Source of the DNA: Podarcis gaigeae
Lineage: Eukaryota
Strand: one strand, 5' to 3'
DNA: 64,000 nt
Assembly (NCBI GenBank): GCA_964106915.2
Contig: OZ066929.1
Positions 11,300 to 24,411 of the stretch are shown one piece after another. The notes beneath the pieces were generated by a model. It ran no database searches. It saw nothing but the letters and a program-made list of their open reading frames with translations, and had not been told where the DNA came from. Made by a program: the position numbers and the translations under genes. The first letter of the stretch is position 1. Each line of letters opens with the position of its first letter.

Positions 11300-14200
11300 T
11301 ATGTGAATTGAAAAGACTTTGTTCTGCCACATTCAAACCTGTTGCTGTATATTTTTAACAGTTCTATTATTAGTAAATTGTTATGTTTTGATTTACAGTT
11401 GTGAGATGCCTTGTGGGTTAGGAGTTTTTATAAATTCTGCTGCACGTGTAAACCTAGCCTAAAAATACTTCTGGAAGGTATCCAGGCTGAGACTTCAATG
11501 GAAATCTAGAAGGGAGTTCCACATCTGTAAGGCAACAACTAAGAACCTCTGTTTAGGAGCCTTTGCTCTTCCAATAGTATAGTCAAAGTGCTGGTTTCCA
11601 AATGTATATTTAAATGCGCATATCAAAACAATTGCAACCTCAGCCCTACCTGAGCAATAGGATCCTCCCCATATCCTATCCTATTGCAAGAATCACAGAG
11701 ATTCCCAAAAAGTATCACAAATACAGACAGCAGAGGCAAATGCTGATGCGCACACTGTGGTATACCATAATCATGAAATTAACTCTCCTTGTGTATTTTT
11801 AACAGAAGACCTGTAAAATCCGATTTTTGATAGTCAGCATAGATCTACTACTACATTTTTGTCTGATTCTTTTTGAAAGGATAGTACATTTGCTTTAAAA
11901 TTTGCTACGCAGAATGGCTTGAATGCTGGGGGATAACTTTTTCTTTAAAAAAAACATTATTTGCTTTGTGCATCTAAAGTAATAAACACATAAATACGTG
12001 ACTGACTCAAAACACAGACAACTATAAGTAGAGATTGTGCAATCCTGGGATCATAGTTACATCAGTCTTTGATTAGAGAAGACTGGGATAACTGCACCAC
12101 ACTCAATACTAAGAAAAACTGACACCACAGAACTGCTACACAGTTCTACGGTGCAATCATCTATTTTAGAAGCTGTGCTTACTTAAGTTGACAGCAAAGG
12201 AATTAAGAATGGCTCCTGACTAAGCCATTTAATTTCCGCTTGTTTTACACTGAAGGGCAAGAAACTGGCTATATTCTGGAATGAACAAACTTGAAAATGT
12301 TTGCATGAGGGTTTTCCCCTTACTCCACAAGCCACTAAGCTCAAAATATACAGCCGACACAAGGAGTGCTTTTTATCTTCTGTAAAAGAGAACTATTACC
12401 CCAGGTGTATTTAAAACAGTCTGACCAGGAAAACATTAGCATTGATCCACAAATGTTGAGTTTGTTTGATCTAAGGGCCCAAAAGGGTCAGCTGTGTGCA
12501 AAATAAGACCAATTTAACCCTAGTAATCAACAGGGCATTCCACGTGTCCCCTGCAGACAGACAGTGGTTTCTCGCTGACTACGGTGTGCAATGTTTGCTA
12601 ATGAAAAGTTGCAAAAATCAAGGGTAAGACTAAAGAGATGTTGACTGAACCTCCCCACCACCACAAGCTGTGACTTCTCACTCCTGCCACCATGTACCCC
12701 AAAGAGTCACTCTTGAAATCTGATAATCTCACTAGAGCAGCCCCTGGTGCACCTAAGGGAGTTGCAGTTGAAATGGGAAAGCCAAAGAATTCAGGTGCAT
12801 GTGCAGAGATGTTTGGCAGCATACATGGCGCTCTGATTCGCCAACTAGTTATTGCTGTGGTCATTTAAGAAACTTGGGGGGGGATTGGCACCTTTTACAA
12901 AAGAGTAAAGTGGAAACATCTAACAATGATAATATTATACCCCATATAACCTCTGCTTGATCTTTATTACTAGTTTATTACTCTGATCTTTATTACTAGT
13001 TCTATCCAATCACCCAGTTTCTCTTGATGTGCACATGCAGTTAGCTTCTTTTAGAATAATGAAATTGTCTGTTGCAGCATGAAACTTTCAGCCTAAAAAT
13101 GATGAGCTTGTAACAGCTGTTCTTTTCTGACATTGTGCTTCCTAAGAGCATTTTTCTGTGTCGATGGATGGCCTTTGTGGCAACTAGATACTATACATTT
13201 GAAGATGGAACTGTTTTAAGGACTCTAAAAGCAGCCAAATGTATCCAGTGCTAAGCAGGGAGCCACACCCAACCTTGTGGCTGGTTCTTGGACAGCTTCA
13301 TTTCTCCTGTTGACTCTTATAAACATTATGTGAAATGACATATGTGCATCTGAAGAAACTGGAAATTCTCTTGCTAGATTCTACATTTTTGGGTGTGGTG
13401 TTTAGCCTGCCATTGACCTGAAGTCTCAGGAGAAGGGTTCGGAGATACTTTGCGGCAAAATGCAGATCCTGTATTTTTGGAGGTGCGCAGCTCATTACCT
13501 AACTGCATGCCCCATCCTCACTACAAGGATAAGAGGTCTGTTAAAACACCTTCCTTACTTCAAAACTGTCAATCCAGTACTCCCATTTTGCAACTGGAAC
13601 ATACAAATTGAGCAGATAATCCTCATTTCTTGTGTTTGTTCTGTTTTGCTGTACAGAACTTGGGGACTTTTGCCTATTTGGGGGCCTCTTCATAGTAATA
13701 ATTCAATATAAAAGAAAGAAAACAGAGTGCACCTGCTGGTCTATCATATACCAATGCACTATCATAGAGGGAACAAGCTACTCCAAGATGTTCCAGTTGG
13801 GAAAAGACTGGAAGGTGCTGGTAGATGGGAAAGATAAAAGAGAATGGATGGCAAAAGAACTATGCCTCTTGGAAGCTTAGCTTACAAACTAAGCTATGAG
13901 GATCCAGAGAGAAGTTCCTCTGGGTGATGATATTCATCCCTTGTTTGGGATGTTTGAGACACCCATGTTGAAATCACAGTGGTATAATAACCACAATAAA
14001 CCTAGAAGATTTGTAAGCGCACCCATTCATTTGCAATGGCAAGGTAACAGAACACAAGATTAGATTATTTTTATCCTGAGGCAGCATCACCAGCTGCTAT
14101 GGTACCTGTTTCTGGACTCAAAGTATCCGAGAAATCCCAGGAAGCTGCTGTTAAAGTGCCAACATCTTAGGATGTACATTTCCATAAAACGTAACAGCTT

Positions 14201-14350
14201 TTATAAAGAAATCTTGCATAGTCTTTATGCGAAAATCAGGAATAAAAAGCAACCTCAACTTGAAAGCCCCTAAAATGCATAGGTGCAGTAAGCAACTGGA
14301 GCAGACTCAATCCCAAAGCTCTCTTTATTCGCTCTTCCCCGGTTTACTAC

Positions 14351-14430
14351 CTGTTATTGTTCCGGCAGTTCCGGCAGTTCGCGCATTCTGAAGGGTCTGT
14401 CTGAGGCATAGCTGTGTATACACCACCACC
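14351..14430 (-). CDS. CDON: CDON exon 18 (cytoplasmic)
   Basis: Hand translation GGGVYTAMPQTDPSECANCRNCRNNNR; tag| and |gtagta; 80 nt. Confidence 0.95.
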
Positions 14431-15639
14431 CTAGATAAATTGGGGGTTTGGGGAGGGGAGAGAATAACAAATCGGAATAAATTCAAGCCCTTAAGCATGC
14501 CATCTGTTACAATTAACAACAACAACAACAGATTCTATTCTAATTTGTAATGAAGTTTGGCATACATCAAAAAGACAGAGCACACAGTATTGCAAAATTT
14601 GTTTTGCAAAGCCTAACTTTCAGCATGTATGCTACAGCAAAAACTAACAGCTGTAGCTTGCCCATGTATGTTGTCATTTCCTTGGCTCTATTTTCAGCCT
14701 GTAGTGCCCAACTCAAATTTGACAAAACTGAAAATGCTTCACACAGAGATGAGACATGAAAGTAACTTCCTTTCCAATACAGACTTTTGTCTGCTTGTGG
14801 AGACAAGATATACATGTGGCTAGTATGATGAATACATCTGACTGATTTTCTTGGAATTAATCTGATTAGATCAGCTTGCTTCACCAAACTCAGTTTTGAA
14901 ATGTTCTTTATTTTCACAGATGCAATAATTCACCAGCCAAGAGTGATTTGGGGTTTGGGGGTGAGAGGGATTTTGAATTGTTGGTTTTGGCTGCAGAATC
15001 CTTTACAAATAAAAATGCTAAGATTAACACATACCTCACTGCTGAATGCAAGGGAGATGCAGGTTTGAGGAATATTTGAAAATGAGGTAGTACAGGTGGC
15101 AATAAAAATCCTTATTTAACTACTCAAGACTGTGAAAGGCCATTTTACATCCAAGACTCAAACTCTACTGAACAAATCTTTCTGTCCAATATTTGACCAT
15201 GAAGACATCCAAAGCAAAACGGCTCCTGTACACTAGTTCTAAGTTGCCACATTTGCTCAACGTAATAAATTTGCTCACTAGTAAATCATGAGAACCATAG
15301 TTCTGTGTGTGGGTCAGAGGGCTTTAAAAGAACGTACTATATAGCCACACAAAATTCCAATTTCATACTCCAATTTAGCCCTGGTGTGTTGTTTCAAGAT
15401 GAAGAGGACAAATTAGAATATTATAGGCAGATTCTCACTTTGATATTATGGATGGGGCAAGTACAACAGATACATGGTTCTCATTAAGTTGAAGAGTGTC
15501 TCTCTCTAAATGTCAGTATGCAGCCCTTTGAAATAAACAAAACCAGTGAATAAGAAAAAAAGGCCTTTGCTTTGGATTATTTTATAGGCATGTATGCTGA
15601 ACTACAGATTTCATATTTAGTTTAAAAGGCACGTGATCC

Positions 15640-15811
15640 ATGCGGGAAGCACGTTCGCAATCTGCAGCGCCGCATCTGCGCACGAGGGGGTCACGTTTTG
15701 GCACTTATGTGCATGCACAAAGTGCAATTTAGTGCTTCTGCGCATGCGCCGAAACCCAGAAGTAACCCGAAAATGCGCAACCTGAAGCGCCTGTAACCCG
15801 AGGTATGACTG
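15640..15811. mobile_element. Partial Tigger-like MITE (one end)
   Basis: CpG-rich patch with tgcgcatgcgc ending cgaggtatgactg-TA; other TIR not seen. Confidence 0.55.
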
Positions 15812-17345
15812 TATTTTTATTCAGAATGTAAATGTCAAAGTGAGAATCAGGCCTTAGACAAGCATCTAAAAGAAAAACTGGTTAACACCTGTTTTAGGTT
15901 TGTGTCCCTGGAATACCCCTATACAGACAATAGACAATTGTTCTGTTTAGGTTCACATAGTCTGGATATATCCATCACTCACAGAATGCTTATAGAATCA
16001 TGTTTTGATACTTGTAAAATCAGTGTTTGGGTTGGCTTTTAAAAAGAATGAGAACTTATGAGTTTAAGAGTGCTGCAAAAAGAAATAAGATAAGGCAAGG
16101 TTATCTGAAGTGGCAACTCTTGCTTGAGCAGCAATCTGTTTCTCCCTAAAATGAAGCTCTTGTGTTCAGTTACCAAAAACAAACACTAGTCCTATATTCC
16201 CCACCACCCTCAGAAGTATACTTACTCAACAAAAATTGAACACATTATTTGTTTCCCCATAAAATATTCAAACAGTTTTGAGCAGGACCAGTGTTAAAAA
16301 AAAAAAGATTAGCTATTTAGAGAATTCCTTAGGGAAACAAATGAATATTTTTTTCATAATACAGGGGCCTAATCACAATCATTCTTAATAATTTCAACCG
16401 AAGTCTCAAACATTCAGAATGCAGATAGACTTATGGTGTGTCAGAGCAGGACCAGGAGGAGGGATTTCTTGATTTATTAACCTAAAGTTTTGGCACACTG
16501 TAATGTAATAAAGAGCCCTGCTTAAAAGTTAAACCTGAAATGGGGCTGTAGGAACAGCCTGGTCATAAAGCTAAAGGTTCTGGCACAATTAATGGAAGAA
16601 TGTGAGAAGTCTCCAATAAGATCACAAAAATCTCCAAGCAATGTAAGTGAGTGGAAGGGTATCCAATGTGTAACTGCCATTATTACTATGACGTAGGACT
16701 AAACTGAGAATGCCTGAGGAATAATTCCACCCAAGCACCTTCATCAAAGTTAGGCTGACAGCCTTCAAGAACAAAAAAACAAAACAAAGTAGAATAGTAC
16801 ATGGGAAATTACACTTATGCAAGTTACCTCTATCTAGCTATATGCTGGTTCACACATAAAAAATCACCACTGATGACATGTACATATATAATATAAAAAT
16901 TGATCACTAAAAGCACAACTTTCTTCAACCAAGTCAAACGCAAAAATTTTCAATGGCGTTTGTTCACCCCATCAGGTTCACACATGCATGCATAACATCT
17001 TTATTCTGAAAAACTTGGCAGAGTCACAAGAAACGATAAGAATTGAAAGACAGCATATTTGCTATGCTCGATCTTTTAGCCAACCTTTTCAACCTTTTCT
17101 GTAATCACCAGGTTAGCAAAACATTAATACTGGGTGTTAAAAACTGTTTAAAAATGAAGATTCTAACCCCTAAGAGTGCAGTAAAAGCTCTATGAGGCAA
17201 TTCCAGCAAGTTTAGCTTCAAAAAGCATGCCATGTTATGGAATTTTCAACATATTTTTGTTACGTGCTGAATGCTTTCCATTTCCTAAGACTTCATTTCA
17301 TATTACGTTCAAGAAACAGGCCTCCAACATCTAGGGCTTACTTAC

Positions 17346-17632
17346 ATTTCCGAGGTGGTGGGTGTGTTCATATTCCATATGTGCTCTGGACAGGGAGTTA
17401 GTGTGCCTTGGATAAACAACAGTTCCTCCATTTACAGCACCGTTCATGATTCCATTCGTTCCATTAGGAACCTTGTGATGGAGGTGAAGGCAACCATTAT
17501 TATGGTTTCCATTACTGATAAAGTTTCCATGTATGCTGCCATTGATACGACTTGTGCCTGGTAATGTTGTGTACTCAACCATTTGCCCATTGATATCAGC
17601 ACGTTGGTAAAGGTAACCAGGAGGATCATACT
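17346..17632 (-). CDS. CDON: CDON exon 17 (cytoplasmic)
   Basis: [24 protein letters not shown]...HTHHLGN; cag| and |gtaagt; 287 nt. Confidence 0.96.
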
Positions 17633-18455
17633 CTGCAAGAGTGAGGATTGGGAGAAAATGCTTAACACTTCAACTCTTAAACATGTTTTTTATCTGAAAA
17701 GGTTACAGATGAAAACGTTTTACAGCTGGCTGTTCATGGTAGAGTTTACACCCCTAGCACTACAATGCCTTAAGCCCTTTGCAAATTGTAAAACATGTTA
17801 CAATCTGACTAACAGAGTTCAGATGGCAGATTACCTCCACTGATAATTAAGGGGCTGACACAGATTACATGTTTTGCATATTTACCACTGTTTGGGGAAT
17901 CTGACAGCTTTTGTGGCATAAAGACACTTATTTTATTGCACCAGCACTGTTCTTAACAATGCAATATAGATTGTTCTGTCAGATCTATAGTTATAAGAGC
18001 CAAGTAAAACTGCTATTATTATATTTATTTATATCCCACATTTCCCCCAGACCAAGACACAATTGCTATACCTTATGAACATTTAGAATACCAAAAATGT
18101 AGGAACAGGAAGCATCTCCCTTTCCCAGCAGATTTCAAAGAAGACTGTAACTATGTAAGTTGGCCATTAACTATATCTACCAATATCCTCTGAAAGTGAA
18201 AATACAAAATTCTCCTAGAATACATTTCTGTTGCTAAGTTGGAATGGAAAGTGAAGGCACAGAGTTAGGCTCTAATCTCTATATTTCATAAGAAGAATAA
18301 AGTGCTTTTTCAAATTTGTTCCCCTCCGTTATTCAGTGATCATAACAGCAACTGAAATTCACAATAAATGTTGTGGTGTTAGGTTACTTGGCAACAATAT
18401 TGTTTCATTAGGTTTGGTCCAGCAGAGGACATGAAGAATATTAGAATTAACCTAC

Positions 18456-18683
18456 TCTGCATGGCAATTTGCTGGCGATTCTTCCACAAGCACATAGCAA
18501 TGAAGGCTATCAGAATAAGCACCATCACTCCAAGGACACAGCCCACAATCAGGTATAACATGTCACTGCTTCGGACGGGACCATTTGGTTGACCAGCATT
18601 ACTCCCAACTCCACGATCAGGAGAATTTGGTGGTGTGCTAAGGTCCTTCACTGGGTATTCTGATGCTCCAGGTGTGCGCTTCA
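18456..18683 (-). CDS. CDON: CDON exon 16 (juxtamembrane and transmembrane helix)
   Basis: [15 protein letters not shown]...[34 protein letters not shown]; tag| and |gtaggt; 228 nt. Confidence 0.97.
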
Positions 18684-19507
18684 CTAATATGGAGGGAGGA
18701 GAGCATAAGATAAAACACACATTTAAAATAACAAGTCTACAGAAGTGTTATTCATTCTGTAAGTCAATCAAGAGCTGCAACTACTGCAATCCAAAATGGA
18801 ATAAAATATGATGGCAGAACATTTTTTTATCATAAGTTACTTGATAATATATATTTGTTTTGGAATTTGTTTACCCTCAAGTCCACACATGTGTCACTGC
18901 TTTAGCTTCTTTCACACTTTCACATATAGGAATAATGAACATTACCAGAATGTAAAGGGCATGTAAAGTAGTTGACAAAAAATGATAATGGGCCCATTTT
19001 TGTTGTCAAATATCAATGCTTATGGATGGCTTGAAATGAACACATACCAATATTTTCTGTGCGTAATAAATTTATTAAAGATCCTTCTTTTACCCTTACT
19101 AGTATCCCAAAATTTTATATTTTACAACTGATCATAGTTCCAAACATAGTTTGCTTTAAAAGAAATAAATTAGTTATTGAACAACAAGGGTATTGGGTAG
19201 CTGATGATAAATCCTATGTGTCTTTCTGAAGCCATCGTTTTGTTTACAGCATTAACAAGCAAGAGCATTAGCTTGAGATAAAGTATGGGAAGATAGCACA
19301 GTTTTATGCATTGAATGAGAAGCTTTCTCAAGTACTGAGGCTTGGTTTTGATGGGAGCATGTGATTTCTAAAAGCCCATATTAGATTACATATAGTGTGC
19401 TGAAATGGAATATTTATTTTCATGAAGTCAAGAAACTAACTAAAACATCTGAAATATTGTGAAAAATATTTGAAAAGAAATGAATTCTTACATAAGTATG
19501 AAGATTA

Positions 19508-19868
19508 AAGGTAAAGGTAAAGGTACCCGTGACCGTCAGGTCCAGTCGCAGACGACTCTGGGGTTGCGCGCTCATCTCGCTCTATAGGCCGAGGGAGCCG
19601 GCGTTTATCTGCAGACAGCTTCCGGGTCATGTCATCAGCATAACTAAGCTGCTTCTGGCAAACCAGAGCAGCGCATGAAAACGCCATTTACCTTCCTGCC
19701 GGAGTGGTACCAATTTATCTACTTGCACGTTGACGTGCTTTTGAACTGCTAGGTGGGGGGGGGGGAGGAGCTGGAACCGAACAATGGGAGCTTACCCCAT
19801 TGCAGGGATTCGAACCGCTGACCTTCTGATCGGCAAGCCCTGGGCTCTGTGGTTTGGACCATAGTCCC
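19508..19868 (-). mobile_element. Sauria-type SINE, near full length
   Basis: (ACCTTT)n tail on minus strand, tRNA-like head with B box, 14-bp TSD aagtatgaagatta at 19494-19507 and 19869-19882. Confidence 0.9.
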
Positions 19869-19944
19869 AAGTATGAAGATTAGGGAACAGCAAATATATG
19901 GCCATTGGTTTAGTGACAGAAGAAAAATAACAGCTCCTTCTCAC

Positions 19945-20067
19945 CTTTGGTCTCACAGATCATCACATTGCTGTAGTCACTTTCACCCCCTTCATTGTAG
20001 CACTGCATTTTAATATCATAAGATGTTTCAGGTTGCAAGTGACTTATCAAGTGCCACTGCTTTGTGC
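19945..20067 (-). CDS. CDON: CDON exon 15 (end of FNIII-3)
   Basis: [41 protein letters not shown]; tag| and |gtgaga; 123 nt. Confidence 0.97.
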
Positions 20068-20943
20068 CTAGAAAGAAAAACATACAGACGTGTAGCATGT
20101 TTGTTTCACAATTTGGAAAATATAAACCGAGCTAAAAAATGTAGGAACTGTCCTTACAATTTGAGGACAACAGGTAAAAAATAAATGACCCATTGCAATT
20201 AAGAGCTAAGATAGCAGGCCAAAATCGGTCTTACATACACAAATATGCATATAAGAAGAATGTAATTTACTACTAATAAAATGTCTACAACCTTCCTGAA
20301 CATGTTTGTCTCAAAGATGGAATGCAGCATCTATTTAACATAAAACCCTAAGGGCAAAGTCTGAATCAGACATGTAAATAAAACTGCAATAAGAAATATT
20401 TGGCAGAAAGTGGTTGTTTTAAACTTTGGAATTTGGCCAATACAAAGCAGTGTACATGGACAGCCATGGATCACAACATGCTATGATCACAGAATGTCTA
20501 TCTTAAAGAGACTCATCTCACCCCATTGTTGATGACCTTCCACAATGCTATTAAGATCTGACTTAAAAAATAAAGAAAAATAAAGAATGCAATAGGAGCC
20601 TGGTAGAAAGAGACACTGTACTTTTGACTGTAGGTCTTGCTGTTGATACAACTAATCACAATATGATACAAAGAGTAACATGAACCACCTCCACCTTTGT
20701 TATAGCTTAAGCAAGACTAACACCATCTTGTTGCAGGCTGACACCATAATCATGTATTCTCATTGTAATCATGCTGACATGCAAGCTTAAGAGAGGAACA
20801 GAGAAAAAGCAAACCACAAGAGGGTGTGTAAAGGGAAGTTTTAGGAGCATGCTAGGCCATGACATTTAAATGGAATAAACAAAAAAAATGTCTAGCTAGC
20901 TGAAATGTGGAAGCATCTGTCTATGCAGTTAAGCTGGCGCTAT

Positions 20944-21233
20944 GAAGAAGAAGAAGAAGAAGAAGAAGAAGAAGAAGAAGAAGAGGAGGAGGAGTAGTAG
21001 TTTGGATTTGATATCCCGCCTTTCACTCCCTTTAAGGAGTCTCAAATCGGCTAACATTCTCCTTTCCCTTCCTCCCCCACAACAAACACTCTGTGAGGTG
21101 AGTGAGGCTGAGAGACTTCAGAGAAGTGTGACTGGCCCAAGGTCACCCAGCAGCTGCATGTGGAGGAGTGGAGACACGAACCCGGTTCCCCAGATTACGA
21201 GCCTACCGCTCTTAACCACTACACCACACTGGC
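20944..21233 (-). mobile_element. tRNA-derived CORE-type SINE (Squam3-like) with (CTT)n tail
   Basis: Minus-strand head gccagtgtggtgtagtggttaag (A box) and gggttcgtgtctcc (B box), CORE-like gtgaccttgggc; (GAA)n on plus strand at 20944-20983. Confidence 0.85.
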
Positions 21234-23004
21234 TATCACACGCAAGATTGTATTACTGGGAGTCTTGCAAGTCTAACCTATATGTATAAAAACTGTGTGC
21301 AAACAGAGATAAGGATTCAGCCTCTGGTCACTTTTCGGATTGCTTGTTGTTACCTTTTCTGCTCAAGTAAGAAATTAAATTTGCTTTTAGAGAATTATTG
21401 AGTGTCACTTGTCATTTTGATAGTGAGTAAAGGACTCAGCTGTGCAACAGACCTTAGGTGAGGTTTTCCCACAGCACTTTCCACCATGCTATTAAGACTT
21501 GACTTTTTAAAAAATAAAGCATGTGATAGGAGCCTGGTAGAAAGAGAAGCTGTACTTTTGTCTGTAGGTCTTCTGTTGATACAACAAATCATATGATAAA
21601 AGGAGTAACATTTTGCTAGCCACCTTAGGGTGTGTGTGTCTTTTTAAAGGCAGAAAAGTGAAGATATCACAAAAAGACTTGAAGCCACTCAATTCTATAC
21701 TTAAGTCTAAGAACATACTCCTGAGAATCTGAGGAAAGCAGTTTACCAACAGCATGACTAGCTGCAGACAATTTTTATGTACTATGAAAATATATGAAGT
21801 AAGAAGGCCTTTGATATTCAGCATTGGAAATTCTAATCCAAACAAGTTCATTTAAGAGAATGATTTTACTGTGTCTGGCTGAAAGTCAATTTTTCGTTTA
21901 GACACCACCTGGTGTTTTCTTCGTACTCATAAATCACTTTCAGTCTGTATGCTCACCCTTATGACAAGTTTTAATAAAGAGGAACCCACTATATTATAAT
22001 TAAGATGGTTTAGATACGCCTAATGCTTCTTAAATGTCGACATCGTGGTCTATTTCTGCTGGAACTGCTTCCACCTAGAACATAGACAGATCTATAAGCT
22101 ACAGCCTTCACAGGGAAGAATAGTATCAAGATGCTACTGTATTTCAACAGCACCCAAGTAGGGGTGCTATTTACACAATAACCCAATGCTCTTCTTTGCT
22201 CCACTTAGAAAGGTGGAAGTAAAGCAGGGTCGTTTCAGTTGGTGCTTCCCCTGATCTCCACATACAGTCCGACAAAGGTGAAAATGGGCCTTTATGTGCA
22301 CAGATGCTTTGGCACCACCTGAAACATTGATTAATCACGGATCTCAGCTGCATGGAAGGCTCCAGACATGTACACGCACAGACACCTAATTCTCACCTTT
22401 GCATCAATGCATAGAGCTTGAGTCAGCCAGTGTAATTCTGCTTCCCCTCAAAATCACACTCCAGGTGTGAATCACATGCATATACAACTATTGTCCCTAC
22501 TGAAAGACTGAACCGACAAGAGAACAGCACTGTTGTACAATACAGCCTGCCAATATCTGAAAGTCTGTGTGTTTAACTGCTTTGTTGAAGAGCCTTAGAG
22601 GTGACTGTTTCAAAAATATCATAGTTCATTTATGTTTGCAGCTTATATCCTCAAAAATGAATACAGGCTGAAGCAACAGACTAGCTTTTCCCCAGGAACT
22701 CAGTTTTCCAAATCTTTCTAAGCTCCATCTTCTCATTACACCTCAAGCATCCTTTTAGTAATTACATCAGGCTTTAGATTTTCCCTTCAAACGTTTACTA
22801 GAACTGGAATCAGTACAAATATTTTAACTCTGTTCCCATATATTGAAGCAAGGAAAATGTAAGCAACTGTTATCTGAATGCACTTTGAGTTTTTGACACT
22901 AGCTCCATGAACCAAGTATGGAATGCAAAATTTCAGCACAGGAGACAACAAAAGGTTTGGTGGTGCTTTTGTTGAACAAGCAGAAAGACAGAAAACTACT
23001 GACT

Positions 23005-23200
23005 ATGTAATGAAGAACCAAATGAAATCATCAGGAACTTTAAAAATAAAATCAAGCTAGCATGTGGCAACATATACAGAAAAGGCATCAAAGTTTTGAG
23101 ACAATCTCATAAAGACAAGACTGATCATGAAATGAAACCTTGGGCTACTAATGAAGTCACAACCATTGCAAAAACTTTACTACTGAGTGTTTGGAACTGA
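23005..23200 (+). mobile_element. Possible ancient LINE ORF2 linker relic
   Basis: Stop-free stretch EEPNEIIRNFKNKI...KPWATNEVTTIAK resembles the KPW.T.E motif that precedes LINE RT domains; weak. Confidence 0.25.
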
Positions 23201-24411
23201 AAATCCTGTGCTGAAATTTACTTATGAAAGGTACAAAAAAGAAAAAGAAAAATACAATGCAGCTGCAGTGATCCAAAAGGCATGCGCCAGAGATTCCCCT
23301 CTCTATATTTTCCTACATAACTAAGGCTAATTTGAATATTTAAATCAAAAAGTAGTTGTGGATATATAATCTAGTAAAGAAGAGTTTGATGTATAACATT
23401 TCTACCACTGTGCAAATTTCTGTTCAAGCTTCGGCACAGCAGAGCAGCTGCTAGTGGTTGCAGGCTTCCTTTAAGATTTCAGAATGCATAAACCTGAAAA
23501 TCAGGAACAAGCAAATTTCACAGCACAGCGGAGCTCACTTAAACATTTATAAACACAAATTCTGTGTACCAGAAAGGCTACAAGTGAAACACTGAACTTC
23601 TTCCAAGGTAATAGCTTAACCTCTCAGTTAACTACACTCATTACATAGGTGTTTAGCAGCCCTGTAGCATTGTAGAGCAATATTAATATAGTAATAGATT
23701 CAAGCATGGCAACTTGTGGCAGCCATAGCCATTCTATGCAATTGTGAGAACAGGTTTAATCTTACATAAAATAATTTTTAAGAGCTCATAGATGCACTAA
23801 CAGGTGTTATCAGGGGAATTCTGTAGTTGTCAGTGCTCAACCAAATGCCTGTTCCTGCGTTAACGAATGTAATTGGTTTATATACTTTCCCACTGTACAG
23901 CTCATAAAATTAAGACCTACAAATGGACCAAAATCCATCCAATAAAATCAGCTGCTTATATATTAGTGTTATGAGACTAAATCTGAGAAGCCAGTTCTTT
24001 TCCAGCTTCAAGCACGTTAAGAGATTTAACACTTGAATTAAATAGAAGAACAATTGCAGTATAGAAAATTTTGCAGCTTATCTCAAATTTGTAACCTAAA
24101 AGTTAACAACATGGCATCTTTATAGTAATGGGACACAGAATTCAAAAAGTGAAGGATCATTCATTCACATGAACAGCTTCCACACAATCCTGTTAGACCA
24201 TAATGAGATTTATGGATCATGTGCGAAATTTATTATGAGAACTAATACTCCACAAATACAGTCCCACTGCAATTTCTGTGACAAGGGTTCAAGATCTGGC
24301 AGATAGTGACACAGGGAGGAAGAGATATTTGTTACAAACAACTATTTAAATCAAAAAGTAGTTGTGGATATATAATGTAGTAAAGAAGAGTTTGATGTAT
24401 AACATTTCTAC

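Noticed and set aside
21165-21233. tRNA gene
   Set aside because: The A/B boxes belong to a SINE head followed by CORE and tail; there is no cloverleaf.
20942-21289. Poly-Lys ORF
   Set aside because: Translation of the (GAA)n SINE tail.
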